From: the human T2T-CHM13v2.0 reference genome, Homo sapiens
Reading direction: 5' to 3' (one strand)
Length of the DNA: 64,000 nt
NCBI RefSeq assembly: GCF_009914755.1
Contig: NC_060935.1
The translations under genes and the position numbers were made by a program. Of the stretch, positions 1 to 14,790 are shown in pieces; position 1 is the stretch's first letter, and the number at the start of each line of letters is the position of its first letter. Under the pieces are notes generated by a model. The model made no database searches and had not been told where the DNA came from. It was given only the letters and a program-made list of their open reading frames with translations.

Positions 1-1240
1 TGTTGACAAAAATAGGTAACGTGGAAAGGGTTCCCTATTCAATAAATGCTCTGATAGCTGTCTAGCCATATGTAGAATACAACTGGAAACCTGCATTTCA
101 CCATATACAAAAATTAACTCAAGATGGATTAAAGATTGAAATGTAAGACCTTGAGCTGTAAGAATCCTAGAAGAAAACCTAGGAAACACCATTATGGCTA
201 TCAGCCTTGGGAAATAATTTATGAAAAAGTCCTCGAAGCACTGCAATAAAAACAAAAATTGACCAGTGGGACCTAATTAAAGAGTGTCTGCACAACAAAA
301 TTAACTATCAACAGAGTACACAGACAACATACAGAATGGGAGAAAATGTTTAAAACTACACATCCAAAAAAGGTCTAATATCCAGAATCTATTAGGAATT
401 TAACTACTGAACAAGAAATAAGGAGCCCCATTAAAAATAGGCAAAAAAACATGGACATTTCTCAAAGAAGACATTCAAACAGCCAAAAAGCAGAAAAAAT
501 TCCCTCACATCACTAATCAGAGAAACGCAAATCAAAACCACATTGAAATACTATCTCATACCAGTCAGAATGGCAATCATGAAAAAATTTAAAAACAATA
601 ATTGTTGGTGAGGCTGTAGAGAAAAGGGAAGGCTTATAATACTGTTGGTGGAAAGCAGTTTGGAGATTTCTCAAAGAACTTAGAACTATAATTCAACCCA
701 GCAATCCCATTACTGGGTATACATCCAATACTAAATAAATTGTTCTACCCGACCAAAAAGACACATGCACTCACCTGTTTAGCACAGAACTATCCACAAT
801 AGCAAAGACATGAAATCAACCTAGATGCCCATCAATGGTGGACTAGATAAAGAAAATGTTGTACATATACACCATTGAATACAACATCACCATAAAAAAG
901 AATGAAATCATGTCCTTTGCAGCAACATGGTGCAGGTGGAGACCATCGTCCTATGTGAATTAACGCAGGAACAGAAAAACAAATACCACATATTCTCACC
1001 CATAAATAGAAGCTAAACATTGAGTACTCATGGACCAAAGATGACAACAATAGAAACTGGAGACTACTAGAGGAAGGAAGGAAAGGGCAAGTGTTGAAAA
1101 ACTAACCATTGGATACTGTACTCAGTACCTGGTGATGGGATCATTCATACCTCACCTCAAACCTCAGTGTCACACAATATACCCAAATAACAAACCTGAC
1201 ACATTCATTCTGAATCTAAAATAAAGTTGAAAAAAAGAAA
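1..1240 (+). mobile_element. LINE-1 3' portion (end of ORF2 plus 3' UTR), L1PB-like, runs off the window start
   Basis: Degenerate L1 ORF2 C-terminal sequence (ccctattcaataaatg, cccagcaatcccattactgggtat), then 3' UTR ending acctcagtgtcacacaatatacccaaataacaaacc...tgaatctaaaataaagttg and an A-rich tail near 1230-1240. Confidence 0.85.
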
Positions 1241-1462
1241 AATTCCATTTTATAGACATATTAAATATGTTTATTCATCTGTTCATGGACATTTGAGTTG
1301 TTTCTACTTTTTCACTATTGTTAATAGTGGTCTTATAAATCTCCATGTACTAACGTTTGTTTTAATGCCTGCTTTCAGTTCTCTTGGACATATTTCTAGA
1401 AGAGAAATTTTGAACTTACGTGTTAATTCTATGTTTAACTTATTAAGAAACCACCAGGTTCA

Positions 1463-1769
1463 GGCCGGGTGGCTCACACCTGTAATCCCAGCATTTTGGG
1501 ATACCGAAGAAGGCAAATTGCATGAGCCCAGGGGTTCAAGACCAGCCTGGGCAACATAATGAAACATCCTCTCTACTAACAATATAATATAAAAATTGAC
1601 CACGCGTGGCGGCATGTGCCTGTAGTTCCAGCTACTCCAGAGGCTGAGGTAGGAGGATGACCTGAGCCTAGGAAGTCAAAGCTGCAGTGAGCTATTTTTT
1701 TGCCATTCCACTCCAGCCTGGATGACAGGAGTGAGACTCTTTCTAAAAAAAAGAAAGAAAAGAAAAAAA
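1463..1769 (+). mobile_element. Alu, AluJ-like
   Basis: Dimeric Alu from ggccgggtggctcacacctgtaatccc to an A-rich tail; J-type features (gagcccagg, ggaggatgacctgagccc); degenerate TSD around aaaccacca / aagccacca. Confidence 0.9.
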
Positions 1770-2913
1770 AGCCACCAAACTGTTTTTAAAGTGGCTGCAC
1801 CATTATTTTGCTTTCCTACCAGCAAGATATGAATGTCCCAATTTCCACATGTCCTCGCCAATATTTGATATTTTCCAATTTAAAAAAATTTAGCCATCCT
1901 AATAACTGTAAAGTGGTGTAATAGTGTGTTATTAATTTGCATTTTCCTGCTGACTAATGGCATTGAGCATATTTTCATATGCTTTTTGGTCATTTGTATA
2001 ATGTGTCTCCTTTTGATAAATGTCTATTCACATCATTTGCCTATTTTTTAATTGGGTTATCCCTCTCTGTTGTTGATTTGTAAGAGTTGTTTTTATATAT
2101 TCTGGATACCAGACCCTGAACAGACATAAAATATGCATATATTGTCTCTCATCTTATGGGTTGCTATTTTCTCTTTCCTGATAATGTCCTCCAATAGTGT
2201 TTACAAGTTTTTTTTTAAATTTTGATCTTCAATTTGTCTAATTTTCTTTAGTTGCCTTTAATGTTTGGTGTCATATTTAAGAATACATTGCCAAATCCAA
2301 GGTCATATCAATTTATTCCTATGTTTCCTTCTAAGAGTTTTGTAGGTTTATCTCTGAAATTTAGGTATTTAATTCATTTTTAGTTAATTTTTGTATATGG
2401 GGTAAGGTAGAGATCCAAATTTATTCTTTTGCATGTGGACAACTTGGATCAAGTTTTCCAAGCAGCATTTATTGAAGGGCTATTATTTCCCCCTATTTAA
2501 TGTCCTTGGCACCATTGCCAAAAACCAATTTACCATAAATGTATAGTTCTATTTCTTGATTCTCAATTGTGTTCCATTTTTCTGTATGAATATCCTTATG
2601 CAGTAGTATACTGCTTAGATTATTATCGCTTTGTATCAGGTTTTGAAATCTGGAAAAGTGAGTCCTCCAAATTTGTTTTATTTTTCAAGATTATTTTTGC
2701 TATTTGGGGTCCCCTGAATATTTAATATGAATATTAGGCCTTGCTTTTACTTTCTGCAAAAAAAAAAAGGTTATTCTAATCTTGGTAGAGGTTGCATTGA
2801 ATCTGTAGATAACTTTGAGTGTTATTGACATCTTAACATTAAATCTTTCTGTTCCTGAACATGAGCTATCACTCTATTTATGTAAGAATTGTCATAAAAT
2901 TTTTAGTGTATGA

Positions 2914-3244
<331 letters not shown>

Positions 3245-3822
3245 GCTTCACTTTTTAAGGCAATTAAATGAATTTTTTTTTCTTAATTTTCTTTCAGATT
3301 GGTCATTGCTTGTGTGTAAAACTAACAACTGATTTTTGAGTGTTTATCTCGTATCCTGTGGCTGAATTCATTTATTAGCTCCTATATTTTTTTCTATGTC
3401 TTTTAGGATTCTCTACATACATGATCATGTCATCTGCAAATAAATTTTTTTATTATCCTTTCTAATTTGATGACTTATTTTTTTATCTTGCCTAATTGCT
3501 ATGATTAGGATTTCCAGTACAATGTTAAACAGATGTGGCAGAAACAGACATCTTTGTATTGTTTCTCACCTTACAATGAAAGCTTGTATAATTTTACCAT
3601 TGAGTGTATGTTTGTTGTGGGCTTTTAAATAAATTCTATTTATTATTTTCAGTAAGTTCTCTCTATTTTCAGTGTTTTTAATTATAAAATGGTGTTAGAT
3701 TTTTTTCCCAAATGTTTTCTGCACCAGTTGAGACAATTTTGTAGTTGTGGGTTTTAATTCATTCTATTAGTTCAGTATATTACATTAATATACTTAAATT
3801 TGATTAATTTCTTAATCAATAA

Positions 3823-4126
<304 letters not shown>

Positions 4127-4142
4127 ATCAGTAAACCATTTT

Positions 4143-7100
4143 TAAAAAACAGTTTTAGGTTCACAGCAAACTTGAGTGGGAAGTACTTAGAGGTCCCTTA
4201 TACACCCCATCCCCAACACAGCCAACTTCCTCCACTGTTAACATAAGACACTACATTAGTTACAAATCAATGAACCTACATTGTCATGTCACTATTACCC
4301 TTCCATATTTTACATTTGGATTCACTCTTGGTGCTGTATATTCTGTGGGTATGGACAAATATAAAATGGTGTGTGTCTGCCATTTTAGTACCTACAGAGT
4401 AATTTCACTGCTCCAAAAATTCTCTATCTATTAATTTCTCCCTCCCACTGGTACCTGGCAGCCACTGATCCGTTTAGTGTCCCATAGTCTTGCCTTTTCC
4501 AAAATGTCATGTAGTTGCAGTTATACAGTGTGTAGCTTTCTTAGATTGGCTTTTTCACTTAGTAATATGTACCTAAGTTTCCTTCATGTCTTTTCATGAC
4601 TTGGTAACTCATTTCTTTTTACTGATGAATAATATTTCATGGTCTGGATGTACCAGGTTATTTATCTCTTCGCCTACTGAGGGTCATGTTGGTTGCTTCC
4701 AAGTTATGGCATTAATGAAAAAAGTTGCTATAAACTGCCAGATGGAGGTTTTTGTGTGGAAATAAGTTTTCAAGTCATTTGGGTAAATACAAAGGATCGT
4801 GATTGTGGCATCATATAATGAGTGCATGTTTGTAAGAAATGGCCAGTCTCCCTAAGTGGCTATACCAGTTTGTACTCCCACAATGAATGATAGTTCCCCT
4901 TGTTCCACATCCTCTCCAGCATTTGATGTTGTCAGAGTTCTAGATTTGGGCTATTCTAATACATACAGAGTGGTATTTTATGATTATCTTAATTTGCATT
5001 TTTCTAATGATACCTATTGTTGAACATCTTTTCACCTGCTTACCTGCCACTGACATCTTCCTTGGTGAGGTATCCGTTAGTGTCTTTGTTTGTTTTTTAA
5101 TTAGGTTGTTCATTTTCTTGTTGTGTTTTAAGCGATTTTGTTATATTTTGGGTAACAATGTTTTATCAGGTGTGTCTTTTACAAATACTTTTGCCCAGCC
5201 TGTGGCTTTTCTTATCCTCTTGTCATTGCCTTTTGCACAGCAGATGTTTTTAATTTAAATGAAGTATACCTAAGCAATTATTTATTTTTATCAATCATGT
5301 CTTTGGTGCTATATCTAAAAAGTCATTGTAATACAAAATGTCCTCTAGGTTTTCTCTCAAATTATCTTCTAGCAGATTTATAGCTTTGTGTTTTATATTT
5401 ATGTCTGATTCATTTTGAGTCAACTTTCATGAAGGGTGTAAGATCTGTAAAGGTGTGTGTATAGATGTTAATTTACTTTTCATATATATGTAAATACGTA
5501 TGAAATAAAAATACATAAATTTGTATTGGAGTTTCAGTTATTCTAGCATCATGCACTGAAAAGTTTATCTTTGCTCTATTTTCTTGCTTTTGCTTCATTG
5601 TAGAAGATCAATGGACTATATTTATGTAGGTCTATTTATGGATTTTCCATTCTATTCTATTTATTTGTTTATCATTTTGGAACTACCACACTGTCTTGAG
5701 GACTGTAGATTTATAATAAATCTGTAAATCTGGTGGTGTCAGTCCTCCAACTCTGTTCATTTCCTTCAGTGTCGAGCAGGCTATTCTGAGTCTACTGCCT
5801 TTTCATATTATATAATCTTTAGAATAAGTTTTTAAATATATGCACAATAACTTGCTGGAATTTTGATTGACATTATATTAAATCTATAGATCAAGTTTTG
5901 AGGGACTCATGTATTGACAATAATGAATATATTTATTTATGAAGATGAAATATCTCTCCATTTATTTATTTGTTTGATATCTTTTTATCAGGGGTTTATA
6001 GTTTTCCTCAAATGTTTTTACTCATTTTGTCAGATTTATACCTAAGTATTTGTATTAGTCTGATCTTGCATTGCTATAAATAACTACCTGAGACTGGGTA
6101 ATTTGTAAAGAAAAGAGCTTTAATTGGCTCACAGTTCTGCTGGCTGTATAGAGGGCATGGCTGAGGAGGCCTCTGGAAACTTAAATCATGGCAGAAGATA
6201 GAGGAGCAGTCGTATCTTTACTTAGCAGAGCAGTAGAGAGAGAGAGTGAATGGGGGAGTGCTATGCACTTGTAAACAACCAGATTTCATGAGGACTCACT
6301 TACTATCATGAAAACAGCAAGGGGGAAGTCCATTCCCATGATTCAGTCATCTCCCACCAGGCTCTTCTTCCCACACTGAGAATTACAATTCAACATGGGA
6401 TTTGGGTGGGAATACAGAGACAAACCATATCATTCTGTTCCTGGCCCTCCCAAATCCCAGGTCCTTCTCAAATATCAAAACAAAATCATGCCTTCTCAAC
6501 AGTATCCCAGATGCTTAACTCATTCCAACATTAACTCAAAAGTCCAAGTCCAAAATCTCATCTGAGACAAAGCAAGTCTCTTCCCCCAATAAGCCTGCAA
6601 AATAAAAAACAAATTCGTTACTTCCAAGATACAATAGGGGTACAAATATTTGGCAAATGCTCCCATTCCAAGAGGGAGAAATCAGCCAAAACAAAGGGGC
6701 TATAGGCCCCATGACTATTCTGAAACCCAGCAGGGTGGTAATTAAATCTTGAAGCTCCAGAATAATCTCCTTTGACTCCATGACTCATATCCAGGGCACA
6801 CTGATGCAAGGGGATGTTTCCCAAGGCCTTGGGCAACTCTGCCTCTTTGGCTCTGTAGGGTCCAGCCCCTCTGGCTGCTTTTATGGACTGGCATGAGTGA
6901 CTAGGGCTTTTCCAGGTGCACAGTGCAAGCTATCACTTGATCTCCATTCTGGGGTCTGGAGGACAATGGGCCTCTTTTCACAGCTCCCCTAGGCAGTGCC
7001 CCAGAGGAGACTGAGTGAGGTCTCCAGCCCCACATTTTCCCTCTGCACTGCCCTAGTGGAGGTTTTCATGAGGGCTACATCCCTGCAGCAAACTTCTGCA

Positions 7101-8540
7101 TGTACATTGAGGAATTTTCATACATCCTCTGAAAGCTAGGTGGAGGCTCCCAAGCCTCAACTCTTATCCTCTGCACACCCTCAGGCTTATACTTGGAAGC
7201 CACCAAGGTTTCTTGTGGCTTGCATCCTCTGAAGCAGTGGCCTGAGACATATCTGGGGCCATTTTAGCCATGGCTGGTGTGCCTGGGATGCAGTAACCAG
7301 CGTCCTGACATTATGCAGGGGAGAAGGGCCCTGGGCCCAGTCCACAAAACCGTTCTTCCCTCCTAGGCATCTGGGCCTGTGATGAGAGGTTCTGCGGTGA
7401 ATGTCTCTCTTTGATGAATTTTCCACATTGTTTGGATATTAACATTCAGCTCCTCTTTACTTATATGAATTTCTGCAACCAGCTTGAATTCCTCCCCAGA
7501 AAATTTTTTTTTTCATTTTTCTTTCTGACCACATGGTTAGGCCACAAATTTTTCAAACTTTTCACACTTTGCTTCCCTTTAAATATAAGTTCCAATTTCA
7601 GGTAATCTATTTTCTACATATGACCATACCCTGTTAGAAGTAGCCAGGTCAAATATTGAATGCTTTGCTGCTTAGAAATCTCTTTTTCCAGATACTCTAA
7701 ATCAACACTTTCAAGTTCCAATTTCTGACAGATCCCTAGAGCAGGGGCACAATGCTGCCAGCCTCTTTGCTAAAGCATAGCAAGAGTGACCTTTACTCAA
7801 GGTCCCAATAAGCTTCTCATCTCCATCTGAGACCAAATTATTCTGGACTTCATTGTCCCTGTCACTATCAGCATTTTGGTCACAACAATTTATCAAGTCT
7901 CTAGGAAGTTTCCAACATTCTCTCGTCTTCCTGTCTCATTCTAAGCTCTCCAAACTGTGCCAAACTCTTTCCATTACCCAGTACTAAAAGTGCTTCCACA
8001 TTTTCAGGTATCTTTATAGCAATACCCAATTCTTGGTACAAATTTTCTGTATTAGTCTATTCTTGCATTGCTGTAAAGAACTACCTGAGACTGGGTAATT
8101 TATAAACAAAAGAGTTTTAATTGGTTCACAGTTCCACAGGCTGTGGAAGCATGGCTAGGGAGGCCTCAGGAAACTTACAATCATGGCAGAAGGTGAAGAG
8201 GAAGCACGCACATCTTCACATGGCGAAGCAGGAGAGAGGGAGGGTGAAGGGGGAAGTGCTATATACTTTCAAACAACCAGGTCTTGTGAGAACTTACTCA
8301 CTATCATGAGAAAAGCAAGGAGGAATTCAGCCCCCATGATTCAGTCACCTCCCACCAAGGCCTTCTCCAACACTGGGAATTACATCTCAACATGAGATTT
8401 GGGTGGGGACACAGAGCCACACTATATCAGTATTTCATTTCAGGGGCGTGCTAATTTCAATGGTAATATGTCTTTTATTTCAAATTTCATTTTTTCATTG
8501 CTGACATAAAGGAAAGTGATTGTTTTTTGTGTATTAACCC
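4143..8540 (-). mobile_element. L1MC-like 3' fragment interrupted by a MaLR element at 6051-8429
   Basis: Starts agttttaggttcacagcaaa, typical of antisense L1MC 3' ends; the L1 text cctaagtatt|tcatt resumes after the MaLR. Confidence 0.75.
6051..8429 (-). mobile_element. Complete ERVL-MaLR element (THE1D/MSTA-like): LTR 6051-6432, internal 6433-8047, LTR 8048-8429
   Basis: Two direct ~380-bp repeats tgtattagtc...atatca flank a 1.6-kb internal region with the MaLR ORF remnant CDQNADSDRDNEVQ; perfect 5-bp TSD gtatt at 6046-6050 and 8430-8434. Confidence 0.93.
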
Positions 8541-8772
8541 TGAATTATAAATTGAATGTTTATGTCTTCTCCCAAATTCCTATATTGAAGCCCTATTTCA
8601 CAATGTCATGATACTTGAAGATGGGGCCTTTAGTAGGACTTCGAAATGAGGTCATGAGGGTGCATATACCATGATGGCATTACAGCCGTATGAAAAGGAA
8701 ATGAGACACCAGAGCTTTCTCTCTATCTCTGCCATGTGAGGACACAGCAATAAAGTGGTGGTCTACAACTAG
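8541..8772 (+). mobile_element. Partial MaLR LTR (MLT1A/MSTD-like)
   Basis: ccaaattcctatattgaagcccta...gatggggccttt...gccatgtgaggacacagcaa, typical MLT1A/MST phrases. Confidence 0.7.
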
Positions 8773-9205
8773 TCCTCTGTTTCATATTTTATAGTAGTAA
8801 TTTTTGTCTTTCCTCATTTTTCTAAGCCTGGCTAGAACCTTATCAATTGTATTGATCTTTTCAAGAATCAGCTTTTAGGTTTGTTAATTTTTTTCTATTG
8901 AGTTTCTGTTGTAAATTTCAGTGATTTCTGCTCTATTTTTATTTTTTTCACCCTTTTGTTTATCTAACTGGTTCCCTTTTTCTAGTATTTAATGGTGGAA
9001 TATTAGATTAATGATGGTAGATCTTTGTTTTTTATTAATGTATGGATTCATTACTATTAATTTCCTTCGAAGCACTGCCTTTATCACATTTATAATTTTT
9101 GATAATTTGTATTTTCATGTACTTCAAATATTTTTTCAAATTTCTTTTGAGATTTCTTTTTTTAATATTGTGTTATTTACAAATTTGTTTAATATCCAAA
9201 TTTAA
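8773..9205 (-). mobile_element. Old L1M ORF2 fragment
   Basis: ctggctaga...ttatcaattgtattgatcttttcaagaatcagctttt is a recurrent antisense L1 ORF2 phrase. Confidence 0.65.
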
Positions 9206-9581
9206 ATCAATAATAAAAGTTGTGTTAAACACCTGGAAAAATTCGATCAATAAAGAGAGATGCAGGATAGTAAAAGTAGCTCTACAACCAAAGACAATGT
9301 TTATTTTCAACTGAATAGAGTAATATGCTAGTTATGCATGATTGTCCTAATTCTTGTCAAATTTCTGTCAAATAAATGTATTTTCTCTGTGTGTGTGTTT
9401 GTATGTGTGTTTATGAACACTGAAAATTTTAGATAAATTGTTGAATATTTTCTGTAATACCAGGTAAAGAACACTACATTACGATCGCATTCAAAAGTCA
9501 TTTTAACATGTGAAAACATGATATATAAGTTCAATTTTATACTCATAAGTCTTTATTTGTATTACATTGCTAATCACCAAA

Positions 9582-11662
9582 TGTATTAGTCCATTTTCAT
9601 GATGCTGATAAAGACATAACTGAGACTGGGCAATTTACAAAAGAAAGAGGTTTAATTGAACTTACAGTTTTACATGGCTGGGGATGGCTCACAATCACAG
9701 TGGAAGGCAAGGAGGAACACGTTACATCTTAAGTGGATGGCGGTAGGCTAAGATAGCGCTTGTGCAGGGAAACTCCCCTTTTTCAAATCATCGAATCTCA
9801 TGAGACTTATTAACAATCATGAGAACAGCACGGGACAGACCCGCCCCCATAATTCAATCATCTCCCAACAGGTTCCTCACATAACACATGGGAATTCAAG
9901 ATGAGATTTGAGTGGGGACACAGAGTCAAACCATATTATTCCACCCCCGGCCCTTCCCAAGTCTCAAGTCCTCACATTTCAAAACCAATTTTGTCTTCCC
10001 AATGGTCCTGCAAGTCTTAACTCATTTCAGCATTAACTTAAAAGTCCACAGTCCAATGTCTCATCTGAGAAAAGGCAAGCCTCTTAAGCCTATGAGCCTA
10101 TAAAATCAAAAGCAAGTTAGTTGCTTCCTAGATACAATGGCAATACAGGTATTGGGTAAATACAGCTATTCTAAATGGGAGAAATTGGCCAAAACAAAGG
10201 GGCTACAGGCCCCATGCAAGTCCGAAATCCAGCAGGGCAGTCAAATCTTTAAGCTCCAAAATGATCTCCTTAGACTGCATGTCTCCCATCCAAGTTATGC
10301 TGATGCAAGAGGTGGGTTCCCATGGTCTTCGGCAGCTCTGCCCCTGGGGCTTTTCAGGAGACAGCCTCCCTCCCAGCTGCTTTCACAGGCTGATGTTGAG
10401 TGTGTGTGGCTTTTCCAGGAATATGGTGCAAACCATTGGCGGATCTAACATTCTGGGGTTTGGAAGAGGGTGGCCCTCTTCCCACAGCTCCACTAGGCCG
10501 TGCCCCAGTAGGGACTCTGTGTAGGGTCTCCAACTCCACATTTCCCTTCTACACTTCTCTAGCAGAGGTTCTCCATGAAACCCCTGCCCCTGCAGCAAAC
10601 TTCTGCCTGCCCATCCAGGCATTTCCGTACATCTTCTGAAATCTAGGTGGAGGTTCCCAATCCTCAATTCTTGACTTCTGTGCACTTGCAAGGTCAACAC
10701 CATGTGAAAGCTGCAAAGCCTTGAGTGTTGCACCCTCTGAAGCCACAGCCCAAGCTCTACATTGGCCCCTTTTAGCCATGGCTGGAGTGGCAGGGATGCA
10801 GGGCACCAAGTCTCTAGGCTGCACACACAGCACAGGGACCCTGGCCCTGGCCCATAAAAGCACTTTTTCTTCCTAAGCCTCCAGGCCTGTGATGGGAAGG
10901 GCTACTGTGAAGACCTCTGACATGCCCTGGAGACAATTCTCCATTTTCTTGGGGACTAACATTCAGCTCCTTGTTATTTATGCAAACTTCTGCAGCTGGC
11001 TTGAATTTCTCCTCAGAAAAATGTGATTTTCTTTTCTATCGCATTGTCAGGCTGCAAATTTTCCAAACATCCATGCTCTGCTTCCGTTATAAAACTGAAT
11101 GCTTTTAGCAGCACCCCAGTCACCTCTTGAATGCTTTGCTGCTTAAAATTTTTTTTCTTCCAGATACCCTAAATCATCTCTCTCAAGTTGAAAGTTCCAC
11201 AAATCTCTAGGGCAGAGGAAAAATGCTGCCAATCCCTTTGCGAAAGCATAACAAGAGTCACCTTTGCTCATCTTTTCAGCAATGCTTCACTCTACTGGTA
11301 CCGATTTACAGTATTAGTTTGTTTTCACACTGTTGATAAAGACATAACTGAGAGTGGGGAATTTACAAAAGAAAGAGGTTTAATCAGACTTACATACATG
11401 GCAGGGGAAGCCTCACAATCATGGCAGAAGGCAAGGAGGAGCAAGTCCCATCTTACGTGGAAGGCAGCAGGCAAAGAGAGAGCTTGTGCAGGAAAGCTTG
11501 CCTTTTTAAAACCGTCAGGTCTCATGGGACTTATTTACCATCACAAGAACAGCATGGGAAAGACCCACCCCCATGATTTTAACATCTCTCACTGAGTTCC
11601 TGCCACAACATGTGGTAACTCAAGGTGGGATTTGGGTGAGGACACAGACCCATACCATGTCA
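9582..11662 (-). mobile_element. THE1 (THE1B/C-like) element: LTR 9582-9938, internal 9939-11309 with deletion, LTR 11310-11662
   Basis: Two ~355-bp LTRs (tgtattagtccattttcatgatgctgataaagacata...) around THE1-internal sequence; weak TSD ccaaa / ccagg. Confidence 0.93.
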
Positions 11663-12244
11663 CCAGGCTATTATGATTATTATTCTCTTTGGTTTATTTT
11701 TTCATTAAGACTGAGAAAAAATATTTTCTATTTTCAATAATTAGGATAAAACTGCATAATCTGACATTTCTATTTCATATTGTAAATAGGATATAGTTTA
11801 TTGCAATTTCTAAAATGGGCTTTTTACTAATAAATACTCTTTTTATTGCCAAGTGTTTGTTTTGTTGTTGTTTTTGTTTTTCAACAAAGACAACAAATGC
11901 ATCATCTCTGTAGGTTAGCTTACAAAGAAAAATAAAAATCTACTACAATAAGGTAGGGAAACTTGCCATCAAGGCACTCTGTGGGAGGTCTATCAACATA
12001 GTGGAGGAGTCATAGCAACCAATGACGTTCATGAGACTGTATGTACAGACAAATATATGGGAACTGTGACAATCAGAAATTAGAAAAAAAGAGAAAAAGG
12101 GAAGTCACTTATGATTGTGCAGGTTGAGGTAACAAAGATGGTATATGATTCTTGGCATATGGTAGATTATGCTTTATATTTTGCAGGCTATGTCTTCTTT
12201 AATACAGCAATATAGTCTATAAAGTGAGAGATGAAGTATGATTT

Positions 12245-12330
12245 GACTTTACAGATAGAGTTTCAGAGAGGTTGATTAATTTGAGCCAGGTCACATAATT
12301 AATGAACTGAAAAGTTAAAATTCAAACTTT
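12245..12330 (-). mobile_element. MIR fragment
   Basis: ttacagatagagtttcagagaggttgattaatttgagccaggtcaca resembles the antisense MIR core. Confidence 0.55.
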
Positions 12331-13411
12331 TGTCTGTATGTGTATGATTTCCAAGCTATTTCTATTTCTAGGATGCTGTTAAATGATTTGAATGTGTTAA
12401 AAAATACCTATTGATTGAATAGTCTATGAAAATTTGGAGGAGGAGGAAGGATAGCTATGAGAACTGCAATACTATCTGGTGCCACAGCTGTGAAAGCCCT
12501 AGAGCTAGGCCTTTAAAATTGTGTTTGACATAAGTGTGTTGACTACTACCAGCTGGAAGCTCTGGAATAAAAGGAGTACAAACAATAGCTATCAAATTGA
12601 ATCAGGGCAAAGAAAATTAGCAGAACTAATGACTATATAGATTTAGTTATTGCGGTAGTCTATTGTTACAAATACATAAACCATCCACTTGCATCAGTTT
12701 TCTGAAGCCTCAATTTCTATTGCTGTACTTTCTAAAAAAAAAAAAAATCTGTTCTGTTAAACTGAAAGATCCACTTGCTAAAAACAAAATAAAACAAAAG
12801 TAGAAGGAAATATACCAAAGTGTTAAAACTGATTTGGTATTTTAAAAAACTTTATAATTATTTTCTCCGACTCCCCTCACAATATTTAATGACTGTAATT
12901 TAAATATATAATATAAAAATAAAGTTGACTTGAAATAACCTTTTCAAATGTATGAACATATTGAGGCATGTAAAGAAAAGACAATATGAGAAAAATTCAG
13001 CAAGAAGCATCTGTGAAAAACTTAACTGCATTTAAAATTTTTCAAAAGTGATGGAATGGTTTCAACAGAATGAAGAAAAGAAGAAATACAACCAATGTTT
13101 TATGATCTAACAAAGTGGTCGAAAGCAAAAATGTGGACATATGTGACTTCAAAGATGTGAGGAAGGTTGTTTATTCACTCATTCAGCAAACACTTTGAAA
13201 ACCTAGAGTCTGAACAATAGTTTCTACAGTAATTATAATGACAAGAAATTAAGGTTTTCCTATAAGCGTTTCTACAAGTATGTTCATTTATTTAGTAAGT
13301 AATGGAGAGGTACTGCTGCTACTTGGAGAAAAAATGGTAGAAGAAAAGCTGGGAGAGGAGGAGACAGAGGAGGGCAATGGGGACGAGGAGAAGGAGGAGG
13401 AACAGAGGAAA

Positions 13412-13493
13412 CTCTGAAGTTAGGGCCTAGAAATATATATTTTAATCAGGCCTCCAAATGATTCTGATGTATGATAAAATTTGAGAACCACTG
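13412..13493. mobile_element. MER5A-like hAT DNA transposon fragment
   Basis: ttttaatcaggcctccaaatgattctgatg...tttgagaaccactg matches a MER5A terminus. Confidence 0.7.
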
Positions 13494-14324
13494 ATTGAAC
13501 TTAAAGGAAAAACCAAACAAATATGTTGGTGAATTCAGGTGACTGACCCAGCTTTGACAAGAAAGTATTCTAGTAATGATTGGCTGAGGGAAAATAAAAC
13601 TGGGAAATAATATAACTTACATAATTCAGCTTATTTTTTGTATAAAAACAATTTTTTCTTTTTAAAAATTAAACAGTATATGAGATAATTTCAATATACA
13701 TTTATTAATAAAAAACTATAATTATGATTAATGATCAGAGAAAAATTTATAAAATATGAATGAAAAACATTTTTTAATTTCATGTTGTGTGCCAGATATT
13801 TACATCATGCATTATCTCTACTTACCTACTCAACCTTCTAATTTATGGATGAGGACAACCACATTTGAACACCCAAGCCTATGGTGGCTTTGTATAAATA
13901 AAATATTATTTGATAAGAATGTTTTATGATTGTCTAATAGTTTACCACTGGAAATGAAATCTTTTATAATGCCTTTCCAAATATAGTAATGTAATAGGAA
14001 GAAAGGTGTTATCAATATTAAAATGAAACCTATTATAGAACTCTTTGAAATTACTCAAATTTGGATGTTAGTATTTGATCATTAGCTCCAGTTTTCTATA
14101 GAAGGTTGATGCAGATCATTTCATTTATTGCTTAATAATGAATTCCCAACATTTTTCACATTTGATTGTTTTAGACTCCACTTATAATATTTTGGGGGGA
14201 TTTTTCTATATTTAAAACTTCCTCAGAAGCAAGTTACAGAAACCCAAGGCAAATTAATTTAAGAGAAAGCAGAATCTATTCAAACTCCATGAACAAACTG
14301 AGACTAATCAGTCAGGCAGAAAGG

Positions 14325-14790
14325 CTGTGTTGTAAGTTCTGTTCTCCCAGAAGCAAAGCCTGAGCCAGGGATTCAGGTGCACATAATGTATGAAAGAAAA
14401 CACTTCCAGGAGAAATAAATTAGAAAGTGAAGAAAGGAAGAAGCTCATCAAAAGTTTGATTTCAGGTGAGGCCCCACAGTCAGGCTAGTCCTTCAGGAAG
14501 CTCTGGGGTGTAAATTATACCTGAATTTCTTTTTTAAATATCGAAAAGAGTGAGCATTTGTATCTATACATCATTTAAGCATAGAGGTCATCTGTTTTAA
14601 TGAAGTTTTCTTAGAGCTGTCCAAATATCTGGGAGTCTCCAGAGGCCAAAGACAACCGTCTGAAGAAGGTTGCAGGTACCTGTGTGGGCAATTAGCAGGA
14701 AAGTGCAATAAGCTGTGGGATGAGTACTCCGAACTGGTGAAAAAAAAAAAAAAAGATTCACGAGGAACTGGAGGAGAACAGCGTCTGCTA
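14325..14790 (-). mobile_element. Old ERVL-class LTR relic (LTR16/LTR33-like)
   Basis: cccagaagcaaagcctgagccagggattcaggtgca resembles ERVL LTR ends; family and boundaries uncertain. Confidence 0.4.
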
